A stretch of DNA of 64,000 nt from an uncultured Candidatus Saccharibacteria bacterium (lineage in GTDB: Bacteria > Patescibacteriota > Minisyncoccia > Phycocordibacterales > UBA9973), in NCBI GenBank assembly GCA_964412965.1, contig CAYPQU010000003.1, positions 2,788 to 66,787 on the forward strand, in the 5' to 3' direction. The position numbers were made by a program, and so were the translations under genes. Every line of letters starts with the position of its first letter. Positions within the stretch are counted from its first letter, which is position 1. The notes below the pieces were generated by a model, which had not been told where the DNA came from, searched no databases, and was given only the letters and a program-made list of their open reading frames with translations. This document shows positions 20,805 through 31,362 of the stretch, piece after piece.

Positions 20805-21272
20805 TTGTTATATACTCTTCTTGTTATGAGTACCACTATCTTATTTTATGTCATTTCAATAATTGTGTTGATAATACTTTCTTGGGTATTAATTATAGAG
20901 ATTAGACTAAAAAGGATTTTTGCTGGTATCAAAGCAAAAAATCTAGAAGAGGCCATCGTGGTTGCCGGGAAAAAACTAAAAGAACTAGAGGAAACACAGG
21001 CCAAAATAGATAAACACTTAACAGTAATAGATGAGAGGTTGAACAAATCTATTAGAAGTGTTGAGACATTGAGATTTAATCCATTTGTAGAGGCTGGAGG
21101 GAACCAGAGTTTTGCTATCGCATTTCTAAATGACGAAGGTAATGGGGTTATACTTTCCAGTCTTTACGCCAGAGATAGAATGAGCGTATTTGCAAAACCT
21201 ATCAACGGAGGTAAATCTGCTTTCGAATTAACAGATGAAGAGAAAGCTGTCTTGAACAAAGCTAAAAAATAA
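20805..21272 (+). CDS. DUF4446-like protein
   Basis: N-terminal TM segment followed by ETLRFNPFVEAGGNQSFAIAFL, which recalls DUF4446. Confidence 0.45.
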   Translation: MLYTLLVMSTTILFYVISIIVLIILSWVLIIEIRLKRIFAGIKAKNLEEAIVVAGKKLKELEETQAKIDKHLTVIDERLNKSIRSVETLRFNPFVEAGGNQSFAIAFLNDEGNGVILSSLYARDRMSVFAKPINGGKSAFELTDEEKAVLNKAKK

Positions 21273-21366
21273 ATAAATTATTTCAGCAGAAAATAAATTT
21301 TTATTTATCTTAGATAAAAAATCTTAGATAAAATTTTGTTTTCTGAGAAAATAATAACTAAACATT

Positions 21367-22872
21367 ATGACTACCAACAAAGATAATCTTAAAAAAAGAC
21401 CACCTGTCGTGGTGGTGATGGGGCATGTTGATCACGGTAAATCAACTCTTCTAGACTACATTAGAAAAACTAAAATAGTTGATGGAGAAGCTGGTGGTAT
21501 AACTCAACATATTAGCGCCTATGAAGTAAGCACTAAAGATGAAAACGGAAATGATAGATTGATTACCTTTCTTGATACTCCAGGGCACGAAGCCTTTACT
21601 AAAATGAGATGTCGTGGTGCACAAGCTGCAGACATAGCGATATTGGTAGTATCCGCGGAAGACGGGACAAAAGCTCAAACAATTGAAGCATACAACACCA
21701 TAATTGAAAATAAAATTCCTTACATAATAGCAATAAACAAAATCGACAGACCTAATGCAAACATAGATAAAACCAAAATGGACTTAGTTGAAAAAGGGAT
21801 TTACCTAGAGGGGCTAGGTGGCAATATTCCCTTTGCTCTAATATCAGCAAAAGAAGGTACAGGTATAAACGAACTGATGGAATTAATACTTCTTCTAGCA
21901 GATATGGAGAACTTAGAGGGGAATCCATCTTTGAACGCCAATGGGGTCATAATTGAGGCAAAAAGAGATCCAAAAAGAGGGATTAGTGCTACTTGCATTA
22001 TCAAAGACGGAACCATTAAATCAGGAATGTTTGTCGCCTGCGGAGAGTCTCTAGTCAGCACTAGAATGCTTGAAAACTTTTTAAGTAAACCAATCAAAGA
22101 AGCTTCCTTCTCATCTCCTATTCATTTAGTAGGTTTTGAAAGTATGCCAGAAGTAGGAAATATATTTGAATCATTTGAGACAAAAAAAGAAGCCGAGGCT
22201 TATATAAAAATAATCAGAGAAGAAAATTTAAGCAACAAAACTGTTAACTGTCAAAGAGATCAAAACATAAAAACTATTCCTATAGTTATAAAAACTGACG
22301 TGGTCGGAACCATAGATGCCATCGAGAAAGAAATTGAGAAGCTTAATAAAGAAGAAATAGTCTTTAAAATAATTGGTAAAGGAGTTGGAGCTATCAACGA
22401 ATCTGATTTAAAAATGGCAAACATAGACAAGGACAGTGTCATTGTCGGCTTCAACGCTAAAATAGATTCTGCTGCCAGAGATTTAAATGAATCCCTAAAA
22501 GTAAATATAGAGACTTTTGATATTATCTACAAACTAATTGATTGGCTAAAAGATTTAATAGAGGAAAGACGCCCTAGGCAAGAAATTAAAGAAGTAATTG
22601 GGAGTCTAAAAATATTAAAAACTTTTGGAACCACCAAAGATAAACATGTTGTTGGCGGTAAAGTAATTAATGGTAAAATAAGCCTACACAGTAACGTTAA
22701 AATAATGCGAAGAGATTTCGAAATAGGTGTTGGTAAAATAACAGAGCTACAAACCAACAAGATGAAAGCGAGGGAGGTTTTTGAAGGTGATGAGTGCGGC
22801 ATACAATTAGAAACAAGAGTTGATGTTTCTTCCGGAGATGTCTTAGAAGCTTTTGAGTTAGTGATTAAATAA
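21367..22872 (+). CDS. infB: Translation initiation factor IF-2 (short form lacking the N-terminal extension)
   Basis: G-domain [28 protein letters not shown]. Confidence 0.9.
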   Translation: MTTNKDNLKKRPPVVVVMGHVDHGKSTLLDYIRKTKIVDGEAGGITQHISAYEVSTKDENGNDRLITFLDTPGHEAFTKMRCRGAQAADIAILVVSAEDGTKAQTIEAYNTIIENKIPYIIAINKIDRPNANIDKTKMDLVEKGIYLEGLGGNIPFALISAKEGTGINELMELILLLADMENLEGNPSLNANGVIIEAKRDPKRGISATCIIKDGTIKSGMFVACGESLVSTRMLENFLSKPIKEASFSSPIHLVGFESMPEVGNIFESFETKKEAEAYIKIIREENLSNKTVNCQRDQNIKTIPIVIKTDVVGTIDAIEKEIEKLNKEEIVFKIIGKGVGAINESDLKMANIDKDSVIVGFNAKIDSAARDLNESLKVNIETFDIIYKLIDWLKDLIEERRPRQEIKEVIGSLKILKTFGTTKDKHVVGGKVINGKISLHSNVKIMRRDFEIGVGKITELQTNKMKAREVFEGDECGIQLETRVDVSSGDVLEAFELVIK

Positions 22873-22883
22873 AGAAATATACA

Positions 22884-23210
22884 ATGTCAGAATTTAGAAA
22901 TGAAAAGATAAAAAACATGATTAAGGAGCATTCCGCCATGTTTATAGAAAGAGAAGCTGGAAACACTTCTCTTATTACTGTTACCAGAGTTTTGTTGTCA
23001 GAAGACAATAGAAGGGCTACTATTATGATTAGCGTGTTACCAAAAGAAAAAGAAAATGCTGCTTATGGTTTTATCAAAAGAAATCTGGGAGAATTGCGAA
23101 AACAAATAACAAAGAGTTTAAAGATAAACCCCATACCATTTCTAGACGTTGAAATAGACGAGGGGGAAAAAAATAGACAAAAAATTGACGAACTTTTGAT
23201 AAACGGGTAG
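22884..23210 (+). CDS. rbfA: Ribosome-binding factor A
   Basis: RbfA KH-like fold motifs and the conserved infB-rbfA gene order. Confidence 0.8.
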   Translation: MSEFRNEKIKNMIKEHSAMFIEREAGNTSLITVTRVLLSEDNRRATIMISVLPKEKENAAYGFIKRNLGELRKQITKSLKINPIPFLDVEIDEGEKNRQKIDELLING

Positions 23211-23365
23211 TATAGAAGAAGCTATTTGATTAATTATGTAATCAAAATAGTCTTTGATAAAAAACTCTTGATTGATTTTTGTATACAAGATATTTTTATC
23301 CGCACAGAGCTCCTTTAGAGCAAAGTGGGAAAAATATCACATATACAAAAATTATGAATTCGTTA

Positions 23366-23437
23366 GGCCTAGTCGCCAAGTGGTAAGGCACGAGTCTGCA
23401 AAACTCTTATACGGCGGTTCGATTCCGCCCTAGGCCT
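23366..23437 (+). tRNA. tRNA-Cys (anticodon GCA)
   Basis: Acceptor ggcctag/ctaggcc, anticodon loop ctGCAaa, T-arm ggcggttcgattccgcc. Confidence 0.8.
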
Positions 23438-23496
23438 CAGTGGAAAAATTAAAATTTTTCTGCTAGTATAATAAAGTGGATTTACAAAACAATATG

Positions 23497-23578
23497 CCCA
23501 GGTGGCGGAATTGGTATACGCGCTAGTCTTAGGAACTAGTGGAGCAATCCTTGGAGGTTCAAGTCCTCTCCTGGGCAC
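23497..23578 (+). tRNA. tRNA-Leu (anticodon TAG), long variable arm
   Basis: Acceptor gcccagg/cctgggc, anticodon loop ctTAGga, T-loop ggttcaagtcc. Confidence 0.8.
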
Positions 23579-23644
23579 ACGTAATGTGCAAAAAAGAAGC
23601 AATGTTATTGCTTCTTTTTTAAGGAGAGGACTTGAAAGACGGAC

Positions 23645-23732
23645 TCCGACGAAGGCCGGAGGAGTCGGGGTCGCGAGTTTTGCCAGCAGACAAAAACTTG
23701 TGACCAAGTCCTTTTGGTCGAAAACGAGAAGC
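23645..23732. repeat. GC-rich ~88-nt insert (E2) flanked by 76-bp direct duplications of the tRNA-Leu 3' end and terminator (23569-23644 and 23733-23808)
   Basis: The duplicated flank includes ctcctgggcacacg and the hairpin gaagcaatgttattgcttc followed by T-run. The insert shares cggggtcgc...ttgtgacca with E1. Confidence 0.6.
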
Positions 23733-23894
23733 TCCTGGGCACACGAAGTGTTCAAAAATGAAGCAATGTTATTGCTTCTTTTTTAAGGAGAGGACTTGAA
23801 AGACGGATCTTCGATCCTTAACGAAATTAATCGAACGAGAAGCTGAATGATTATATCTTATTGCTTATTCTATCAAAATATAGTATACTTTCCC

Positions 23895-24131
23895 CATATG
23901 ACGATTTTCACTAATATATTACCTTATTTACAGATAATTCTGTCCATTATTTTAATAGTTGCTATTTTACTACAACAATCTTCAGCTGGAGTCGGAGGTG
24001 CTTTTGGTGGAGGCGAAGGAGGTGGTCTTTATAATACACGCCGTGGTTTTGAAAAGTTTCTTTTTGTATTTACAATTATAATAGCTATACTTTTCGCAAT
24101 ATTTGCGTTTATTGCTATTTTTGTAAAATAG
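23895..24131 (+). CDS. secG: Preprotein translocase subunit SecG
   Basis: LLQQSSAGVGGAFGGG...TRRG motif between two TM helices. The ORF opens at 23847. Confidence 0.7.
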   Translation, partial: HMTIFTNILPYLQIILSIILIVAILLQQSSAGVGGAFGGGEGGGLYNTRRGFEKFLFVFTIIIAILFAIFAFIAIFVK

Positions 24132-24162
24132 ACTTCTTTTCCTGATTCGGCATTAGTTTTCT

Positions 24163-25974
24163 ATGCTTAAAATTAAAAATATATCTAAGTTTTTAAAAGA
24201 ATTTCGTTTTTATAAAAGAGGGGAGCTTGTACAAGCTGCGTCATCTTTTTCGGACAAACAATTTATACTGTTCACAGGCCTATTTATTATAGGTGTAATT
24301 TCTCTAGTTGGAATTTTAGGGAAGGTTAATAATATGTTTTTAGTTGATGTCCCCTCTGATGGAGGAGAAATTAACGAAGGAATTATAGGATTCCCTACCT
24401 TGGTTAATCCTGTTATCGCCTTTTCCGATGCTGATAAAGATTTAACTGCTTTAATTTATTCTGGTCTAATGAGAAAAACTCCTACAGGAGATTATATTCC
24501 CGACCTTGCAGAGACCATGGATATTTCAAACGATGGAACTGTTTATACTTTTACGCTTAAAAATAACGTAGAATTTCATAATGGAAAAGATGTTACTGTA
24601 GACGATATTATTTTTACTATTGAAAAAATAAAAGACCCTTTGGTAAAAAGTCCAAAGAAATCAAGTTGGGAGGGAGTGACTGTGAATAAAATAGACGAAA
24701 AGACCATAGAGTTTAAATTGCCACAGCCATACATTTCCTTCATGGATAACACAACCATCGGAATTATTCCTTCTAGTTTGTGGAAAAATGTAAACACCAA
24801 AGAATTTAATTTATCGACATTAAACTCGAAAGCTATTGGTTCTGGTCCTTATAAAGTTAAAAATGTTATCAAAAACAAAGATGGTCTTTCAGAAAGGTAC
24901 GAATTAGTTAGATTTAACCGTTTTGCCTTAGGTAAACCTCTGATTGAAAAAATTAACATTAATTCTTTTGCTAGTGAAAAAGAATTAATTAAAGCTTTAC
25001 AAGGAGGTTCGATTGACCAAGCTGGAGGAATAAGCCCCGAAAATGCTTCGTCAATTTCAAAAAACAGCAACAAAGTAAACACAGTTAATCTTCCAAGGGT
25101 TTTTGGGATTTTCTTTAACAGTAATAAAAATAAAATCTTTTCTGACCCTGAAATCGTAAGACTTTTAAATAAAGCTATTGATAGACAGGAGCTAGTCGAC
25201 AAAGTGCTTCTTAGTTATGGAGAAATAATAGACTCCCCTATTCCCAAAAAAATCTTAGATAAAGAAATGAGTGAAAAATTTACAGCAACCACCATAGAAG
25301 AAATAAATGCTTCATTAGATAAAGCAGGTTGGAATCTTGGCAACGACGGGATCAGAATTAAAGGGGGTAAATCTACTCAAGTAGTTACTAAAAAAGTTAA
25401 TGGCAAAACCGTAAAACAAAATGTGACCACTAATACCCCGGAAATACGCTTATCCTTTTCTCTAACAACCGGAGATACTCCTGAATTAAAACAAGCTGTA
25501 GAAATAATAAAAGAACAACTATTAAAAATAGGGGCAGAAGTAGATATTAAGAAAATATACGAAACAGGTCAAATTAACCAGCTTATTCATGCCAGAGATT
25601 ATGAAGCTCTTTTCTTTGGTCAAATTGTATATCACGAATCAGACCTGTATTCATACTGGCACTCTTCTCAAAAAATGGGGCCTGGTTTAAATATTGGACT
25701 TTATGATAATAAAAAAGTTAACTCTATTCTAGAATCGGCACAAAAAACAATGTCGAGAGAAGACAGATTAATAAAATATGAAGCTCTGGAAGGAGAATTT
25801 AAGTCAAACATTCCTGCTATTATGGTTTATTCACCTTTATATCTTTACGTAACTTCAAACAAACTAGTTAATTTAAATTTATCTAACATTACAATACCAT
25901 CTGACAGATTTTTGTCTTCTTATTTGTGGTCAGCAGATACAGACAAGGTCTATAAGATTTTTATAAAAAAATAA
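24163..25974 (+). CDS. ABC transporter substrate-binding protein, family 5 (peptide/nickel type)
   Basis: N-terminal anchor and SBP_bac_5-like length and motifs. Confidence 0.7.
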   Translation: MLKIKNISKFLKEFRFYKRGELVQAASSFSDKQFILFTGLFIIGVISLVGILGKVNNMFLVDVPSDGGEINEGIIGFPTLVNPVIAFSDADKDLTALIYSGLMRKTPTGDYIPDLAETMDISNDGTVYTFTLKNNVEFHNGKDVTVDDIIFTIEKIKDPLVKSPKKSSWEGVTVNKIDEKTIEFKLPQPYISFMDNTTIGIIPSSLWKNVNTKEFNLSTLNSKAIGSGPYKVKNVIKNKDGLSERYELVRFNRFALGKPLIEKININSFASEKELIKALQGGSIDQAGGISPENASSISKNSNKVNTVNLPRVFGIFFNSNKNKIFSDPEIVRLLNKAIDRQELVDKVLLSYGEIIDSPIPKKILDKEMSEKFTATTIEEINASLDKAGWNLGNDGIRIKGGKSTQVVTKKVNGKTVKQNVTTNTPEIRLSFSLTTGDTPELKQAVEIIKEQLLKIGAEVDIKKIYETGQINQLIHARDYEALFFGQIVYHESDLYSYWHSSQKMGPGLNIGLYDNKKVNSILESAQKTMSREDRLIKYEALEGEFKSNIPAIMVYSPLYLYVTSNKLVNLNLSNITIPSDRFLSSYLWSADTDKVYKIFIKK

Positions 25975-25980
25975 AATAAT

Positions 25981-27966
25981 ATGACAGAAATAAATAAAAA
26001 AAATCAAAACTCTAAAGCAAGAGGCTCTAATAGATTTTCTTACGAAAAGCATGGTAGTATTCGCGTTTTACACAAACCGCAAACTCCTAATGTTATCAAA
26101 AAGGCAAATACAAAGAGCCCAATAACCCACAATGCAATTAAAAACACAGATAACAGAAACAAAAAAACAAGTAGGGGAAGTTATCAATATGGTAATAAAA
26201 AAATGCCCAAAAAACCCAAGATGGAAGCGTCAGTGGCTCAACCCAAAATATCTAATTCAAAGAAGTCTAGCTCCATCCCCTTTCCTGAAAGAGATGTTGT
26301 TCGTATAATACCACTAGGAGGAGTAGAGGAAATAGGTAAGAACATGACTGCAATAGAAATCAATGATGATATCATTGTCATTGATGCCGGAATGCAATTT
26401 AAAACTGAAGATACGCCCGGAATAGACTATATTATTCCAAACACTACATATCTAGAAGAAAGAAAAGATAAGATAAAGGGTGTTTTTATTACACATGCCC
26501 ATCTAGACCATATCGGAGGAGTTCCTTTGGTAATGAGCCGAATAGGTAACCCACCTATCTACTCTAGAAATCTCACTGTTTTGATGATGAAAAAAAGACA
26601 AGAGGATTTTTCCCATCTACCAGCCCTAAAATTAAATGTGGTAGAAAAAGACAATGTGGTATACGCAGGAGAAATGAAAATTAGATTCTTCGGAGTAACT
26701 CACACAGTACCTGATTCCATGGGGGTAATCATAGAAACACCATACGGATTAATAGTTAATCCAGGAGACTATAAGTTGGACCAAGTGGACGGAAAGACTA
26801 CAGAAGAAGAAGAAAAAGAGTACGCCTTTTTTGACAAAGAAAGAGTCCTTTTGCTTATGGCTGATTCTACCAACGTTGAAAATGATGGTTTCGCTCTTCC
26901 TGAAGCTAAGGTTCATGAAGGATTAGCTAATTTGATTAAACAAATTTCGGGAAGAATAATAATAGCGGCTTTTGCTTCTCACATTACTCGATTAGTTAAA
27001 ATTATAGAGATAGCAGAATCATTAAACAAAAAAGTGGCGCTAGACGGAAGATCTCTAAAAACCAACATGGAAGTTTGCGAGCTAGCAGGACTCTTTAAAC
27101 CAAAAAAAGGAACAATTATCCCCATAGAGGATGCTGATAGTTATCCTCCAAACAAAGTTATCGTTTTGATGACAGGAGCACAAGGAGAAGAATTCGCTGC
27201 TCTTGGTCGCGCCGCAAACAAAACACATAAAAAATTTAACATCAAAAAAGGAGACACGATCATATTGTCATCTTCTATAGTCCCAGGAAACGAAATATCT
27301 GTTCAGCATCTAAAAGATAATTTGACTCGACACGGGGTTAGGATAATTAGTTATAGAACAAGCGAGGAATATGTTCATGCAACCGGTCATGGTAATAAAG
27401 AAGACGTTAGGTGGCTACACAGGAAACTAAAACCAAGGTTCTTTGTTCCTATTCATGGACATCATTCTATGCTTGTAGCCCACAAAGAATTGGCTATGTC
27501 TGTCGGGACGCCAGAAGAAAACATCATTGTTCCAGATAACGGTTCTATCATTGAGATAGTGGACAAGGGTCAAAAGATAATCCTTCGTAAAGAAAAAGCC
27601 CCATCCGGGCCAATGCTAGTTGATGGCTTCTCTATTGGAGACGAGCAAGATGTTGTAATAAGAGATAGAGTAATGCTCGCAAAAGATGGAATGTTTGTTC
27701 TAATCGCAACGATAGATCAATCTACTGGCAAATTAAGAAAATCACCTGATATTATATCTCGGGGTTTTATCTACCTAAAAGAAAATCAGGAATTATTGCA
27801 TCAAGTAAGGTTAATCATTAAGAAAACAATAGAGGATGAAGCTGTGGGCAGAAACCCAATTAACTTCGATAGCATAAAAACTGCTCTCGGAGATAATATT
27901 TCAAAATTCTTATTCCAAAAAACCGCAAAGAGACCGATCGTGATACCTGTATTACTAAGTATCTAA
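25981..27966 (+). CDS. rnj: Ribonuclease J with a ~100-aa basic low-complexity N-terminal extension
   Basis: Metallo-beta-lactamase HAHLDHIGG, beta-CASP region and the RNase J C-terminal domain. Confidence 0.85.
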   Translation: MTEINKKNQNSKARGSNRFSYEKHGSIRVLHKPQTPNVIKKANTKSPITHNAIKNTDNRNKKTSRGSYQYGNKKMPKKPKMEASVAQPKISNSKKSSSIPFPERDVVRIIPLGGVEEIGKNMTAIEINDDIIVIDAGMQFKTEDTPGIDYIIPNTTYLEERKDKIKGVFITHAHLDHIGGVPLVMSRIGNPPIYSRNLTVLMMKKRQEDFSHLPALKLNVVEKDNVVYAGEMKIRFFGVTHTVPDSMGVIIETPYGLIVNPGDYKLDQVDGKTTEEEEKEYAFFDKERVLLLMADSTNVENDGFALPEAKVHEGLANLIKQISGRIIIAAFASHITRLVKIIEIAESLNKKVALDGRSLKTNMEVCELAGLFKPKKGTIIPIEDADSYPPNKVIVLMTGAQGEEFAALGRAANKTHKKFNIKKGDTIILSSSIVPGNEISVQHLKDNLTRHGVRIISYRTSEEYVHATGHGNKEDVRWLHRKLKPRFFVPIHGHHSMLVAHKELAMSVGTPEENIIVPDNGSIIEIVDKGQKIILRKEKAPSGPMLVDGFSIGDEQDVVIRDRVMLAKDGMFVLIATIDQSTGKLRKSPDIISRGFIYLKENQELLHQVRLIIKKTIEDEAVGRNPINFDSIKTALGDNISKFLFQKTAKRPIVIPVLLSI

Positions 27967-27977
27967 TTAAAAACAAA

Positions 27978-29147
27978 ATGGAAATTCATAAATTTAAAAT
28001 TAGAAGAATGTACATGCTCTCATTCCTATTCACTTTTCACATAGCATTATCTTCGTACATCAATTCTACTTTTCTAACAAACATCATATCTGAAAAATAT
28101 GTTGGTATGCTTTATACTCTGTCTTCCCTGTTAGCGCTAGTACTTCTTTCTAAAAGCGTGAATGTCTTAAAATATTTTGGAAATAAAAAACTAACATTAT
28201 TGTTTTTAATTTTTAACATGCTTGCTTTGGTTGGGATTATTTCATCAGTTAGCCCACTTTTGACAAGCATCTCTTTTATAGTATTCTCTGCTACAAATAC
28301 GCTCGTCTTGTTCTGTATTGATATATTTATAGAACATTTCAGCGACCCAACAAAAACTGGCAAAACAAGAGGTCTTTATCTTACGATTATAAATATAGCC
28401 TGGATGCTTTCCCCTCTAATTTCTGCTAGACTTATATCAAAGACAGGTGGATATACTTTTATCTATGTCCTTGCTTTTATAGTGGTTGCGATAATGACGA
28501 TAGGGCTAGTATTCTCTGTGAGGACCTTTAAAGACAAGGTTTACACCAAAACTCCTTTCATTCAGACATTTAGATATCTTATATCCAATCGACACATGTG
28601 GGCTATCGTTTCTATAAATTTCTTATTGCAATTTTTCTATGCTTGGATGGTTGTTTATACTCCAATATATTTATATGACCACCTAGGTTTTACCTGGGAT
28701 CAAATAGGAATAGCTTTTACTTTCATGTTGGCCCCATTTGTACTACTAGGTCTTCCGTTGGGCATTCTAGTAGATAAATATCACGTCAAGAGAAGAAATC
28801 TTCTTAAGATAGGTTTTACAATTGCTATAATATCGACAATTTCTATTTCGTTTATTACCTCAATGAATGTAATTATATGGGCTGTTGTTCTATTCATGAC
28901 GAGAGTTGGTGCTAGTATGATAGAAACCGCAAGTGAAATATATTTCTTCGACCACATAGACGACAAAGATGCAAACTTGCTAAGCATATACAGAGACATG
29001 TATCCTGTGGCTTATATTATTGCCCCTACAGTAGCAACACTAGTATTCTTTGTTCTTCCTTTTGAATATCTTTTTATAATTCTTGGAATGATACTCACTA
29101 TTGGTTTTTATCTTATCCCTAAGCTTAGAAAAATTAAAAATGCCTAG
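27978..29147 (+). CDS. MFS-type transporter
   Basis: About 12 predicted TM helices. No specific substrate motif. Confidence 0.55.
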   Translation: MEIHKFKIRRMYMLSFLFTFHIALSSYINSTFLTNIISEKYVGMLYTLSSLLALVLLSKSVNVLKYFGNKKLTLLFLIFNMLALVGIISSVSPLLTSISFIVFSATNTLVLFCIDIFIEHFSDPTKTGKTRGLYLTIINIAWMLSPLISARLISKTGGYTFIYVLAFIVVAIMTIGLVFSVRTFKDKVYTKTPFIQTFRYLISNRHMWAIVSINFLLQFFYAWMVVYTPIYLYDHLGFTWDQIGIAFTFMLAPFVLLGLPLGILVDKYHVKRRNLLKIGFTIAIISTISISFITSMNVIIWAVVLFMTRVGASMIETASEIYFFDHIDDKDANLLSIYRDMYPVAYIIAPTVATLVFFVLPFEYLFIILGMILTIGFYLIPKLRKIKNA

Positions 29148-29853
29148 AACTGAATATCCAATCAGAATAAATAAATATTTAGCTTTAAATAATTATTCTA
29201 CAAGAACTGGAGGAGATGATCTCATCAAAAAGGGACTAGTTTTTATAAATGGGAAAAAAGCTAAGTTGGGAGACAAGGTTTTTGAAGATGATGAAGTCTC
29301 TGTTAATACCCCCAAAAACCAAAAAGAACTAGTTTATTATGCTTATAATAAAAAGACCAACGTCTCGACCAATAAAGAACCTGGGGCTAAAGATATTTTA
29401 AGTGTGGCAAGTTTTCCCGAGAAGGTATTCCCCGTTGGAAGACTAGATAAAGATTCTCACGGTTTGATTATTTTAACAAACGATGGAAGGGTCACTGACA
29501 GATTGTTATCACCTCGCTATGTTCACGAAAAAGAATATGTGGTGCGAGTAGAGCCAACCTTTAGTTCAAAATTTATTGACCTTATGTCAAAAGGCGTTAG
29601 ATTTGACGGATACACAAGCAAAAAATGTGAGATCTGGCCAAAAGGTAAATCGAACAACACTTTTCACATAATACTTACTGAAGGTAAAAAAAGACAAATC
29701 AGAAGGATGTGTGAGGCTCTACATCACAAAGTAATCGATCTTAAAAGAATTAGAGTTATGAATATTGAATTAGGAAAAATAAAGGAAGGAGAATACAAAA
29801 AAATAGAAGGACAAGAATTAGACATTTTCTTAAAATCGTTAAGATTAAAATAA
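29140..29853 (+). CDS. Pseudouridine synthase, RsuA/RluB family, with an N-terminal S4 domain
   Basis: S4 domain (RINKYLAL...) and catalytic motif GRLDKDSHGLIILTNDG. Confidence 0.8.
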   Translation: MPRTEYPIRINKYLALNNYSTRTGGDDLIKKGLVFINGKKAKLGDKVFEDDEVSVNTPKNQKELVYYAYNKKTNVSTNKEPGAKDILSVASFPEKVFPVGRLDKDSHGLIILTNDGRVTDRLLSPRYVHEKEYVVRVEPTFSSKFIDLMSKGVRFDGYTSKKCEIWPKGKSNNTFHIILTEGKKRQIRRMCEALHHKVIDLKRIRVMNIELGKIKEGEYKKIEGQELDIFLKSLRLK

Positions 29854-29856
29854 AAA

Positions 29857-29893
29857 CACCCCCGACCAAAGTTAGGGTGTTTTTATTTTAATT
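29857..29893. terminator. Bidirectional terminator
   Basis: aacaccc...gggtgtt followed by tttatttt. Confidence 0.5.
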
Positions 29894-29921
29894 TAACAAC
29901 ATAGAAACTTACGCCCAATTG

Positions 29922-30122
29922 CTATTTAGCAATGTAGGGCAATAGGCCCATGAATCTTGCTCTCTTGATAGCTTCTGCAAGCTTTCTTTGGTTCTTTGCA
30001 GTCACATCCGTTCTTCTTCTTGAAAGAATACGAGCATTCGGAGTTAAGAATCTTTTTAGAAGCTCAACATCTTTATAGTCTATATGCTTTATGTTGTTTG
30101 ATGAAAAATAATCTTGTTTCAT
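29922..30122 (-). CDS. rpsR: 30S ribosomal protein S18
   Basis: [29 protein letters not shown]. Confidence 0.9.
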   Translation of the reverse strand: MKQDYFSSNNIKHIDYKDVELLKRFLTPNARILSRRRTDVTAKNQRKLAEAIKRARFMGLLPYIAK

Positions 30123-30158
30123 AATTATTAATTTTAATTTGTTACTACTAAGCCTTTT

Positions 30159-30611
30159 TTAAAAAGGTATGTCTTCAACATTAATTTGTTCTTCTGGATA
30201 TTCTATCGTGTCTAAGCTGTCATCTGATTCTTCTGGTGAAGTGCTTGTTTGAGAACCCTGGCTTTGAGTTTTCGCCCCTCCGCTATTAGAACCGAATTGT
30301 ACCCTATCTGCAATTATTTCTGTCCTGTATTTTTTAGTGTTAGTTGCTTGATCATCCCAGCTTCTAGTTTGCATTCTACCTTCTACCATGACCTGACTAC
30401 CTTTTTTCATATACTGAGCGACTGTTTCAGCTTGTCGTCCAAATACTACCACATTATGATAATCAGCCGATTCTTGCTTGGCCCCATTTTTGTCTTTCCA
30501 AACACGATTTGTCGCGACTGAAAATGAACAGATTTTTATTCCTGAAGGAAGTGATTTTAATTCAGGATCTCTAGTAAGATTTCCTATTATTAAAGCTTTG
30601 TTGAGATACAT
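30159..30611 (-). CDS. ssb: Single-stranded DNA-binding protein
   Basis: OB-fold start MYLNKALIIGNLTRDPEL and an acidic C-terminus ending DIPF. Confidence 0.85.
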   Translation of the reverse strand: MYLNKALIIGNLTRDPELKSLPSGIKICSFSVATNRVWKDKNGAKQESADYHNVVVFGRQAETVAQYMKKGSQVMVEGRMQTRSWDDQATNTKKYRTEIIADRVQFGSNSGGAKTQSQGSQTSTSPEESDDSLDTIEYPEEQINVEDIPF

Positions 30612-30718
30612 ATAATTAGTTTCTAGTTTAAAGTTTCTAGCAGAAGACATATTGTATTCCAATAGATACTGAAACTATATATTTAATGATAATTTATAGA
30701 ACTTAAAAACTAAGTTTA

Positions 30719-31240
30719 TTATACCACAAGAGCATCAATTTCTTTATCAATTTCAGCTTCATTAACCTCTTCTACTGGATCTGAAGATTCTACTGTTTCA
30801 GAGGCCTCCTTTACCCTAGAAGGTATTCTCTTTTTATTATCTTGCTTAGGGTATGTTCTCTTAGGAGACATTGTATTCTCTCTAACAGTCTTTATTAGAA
30901 GATAACGAACCAGTTTTTCGTTTTTATCCAACAGTTCTTTGATGGTCTTTGCTTCTTCTGGAGTACATTCAAACTTTACCCATCCAAAATAACCAGTTGT
31001 AAACTTTTGCTTTTTATTAGCAATTGATCTGGTCATTTCGTAAGCTAATTCCATTAAACGGGGGTACTCATCTGAAATAAAGTTAGCACCGTTTTCTGCT
31101 AACATGTCTTTAAGAATAGTTACCTCCTCACCTACGTTTTCTTCTGCGATAGTTGGGACCATGTGGTAACCAACTTCGTAAACACATTGTCGTAACATAG
31201 ATTGATCTTCTACGATATTCTCTACTACTTTTTTAGCCAT
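30719..31240 (-). CDS. rpsF: 30S ribosomal protein S6 with an acidic C-terminal extension
   Basis: YEVGYHMVP...LAYEM...GYFGWVKFE and the conserved rpsF-ssb-rpsR operon order. Confidence 0.8.
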   Translation of the reverse strand: MAKKVVENIVEDQSMLRQCVYEVGYHMVPTIAEENVGEEVTILKDMLAENGANFISDEYPRLMELAYEMTRSIANKKQKFTTGYFGWVKFECTPEEAKTIKELLDKNEKLVRYLLIKTVRENTMSPKRTYPKQDNKKRIPSRVKEASETVESSDPVEEVNEAEIDKEIDALVV

Positions 31241-31362
31241 TATAAAAATATTATTTTAAACATTATAAAATCTCGCTCCGGACCTAAGTATCCCGATTTC
31301 AGTATCGGGATAAACGAGACTTCATCATATTAACAAAAAACCCTTATTTTGTCAAAAAATTT

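Noticed and set aside
23369-23786. ORFs 23369-23755 (-) and 23502-23786 (+)
   Set aside because: They overlap tRNA-Cys, tRNA-Leu and the duplicated terminator region. They are frame artefacts of GC-rich structured RNA sequence.
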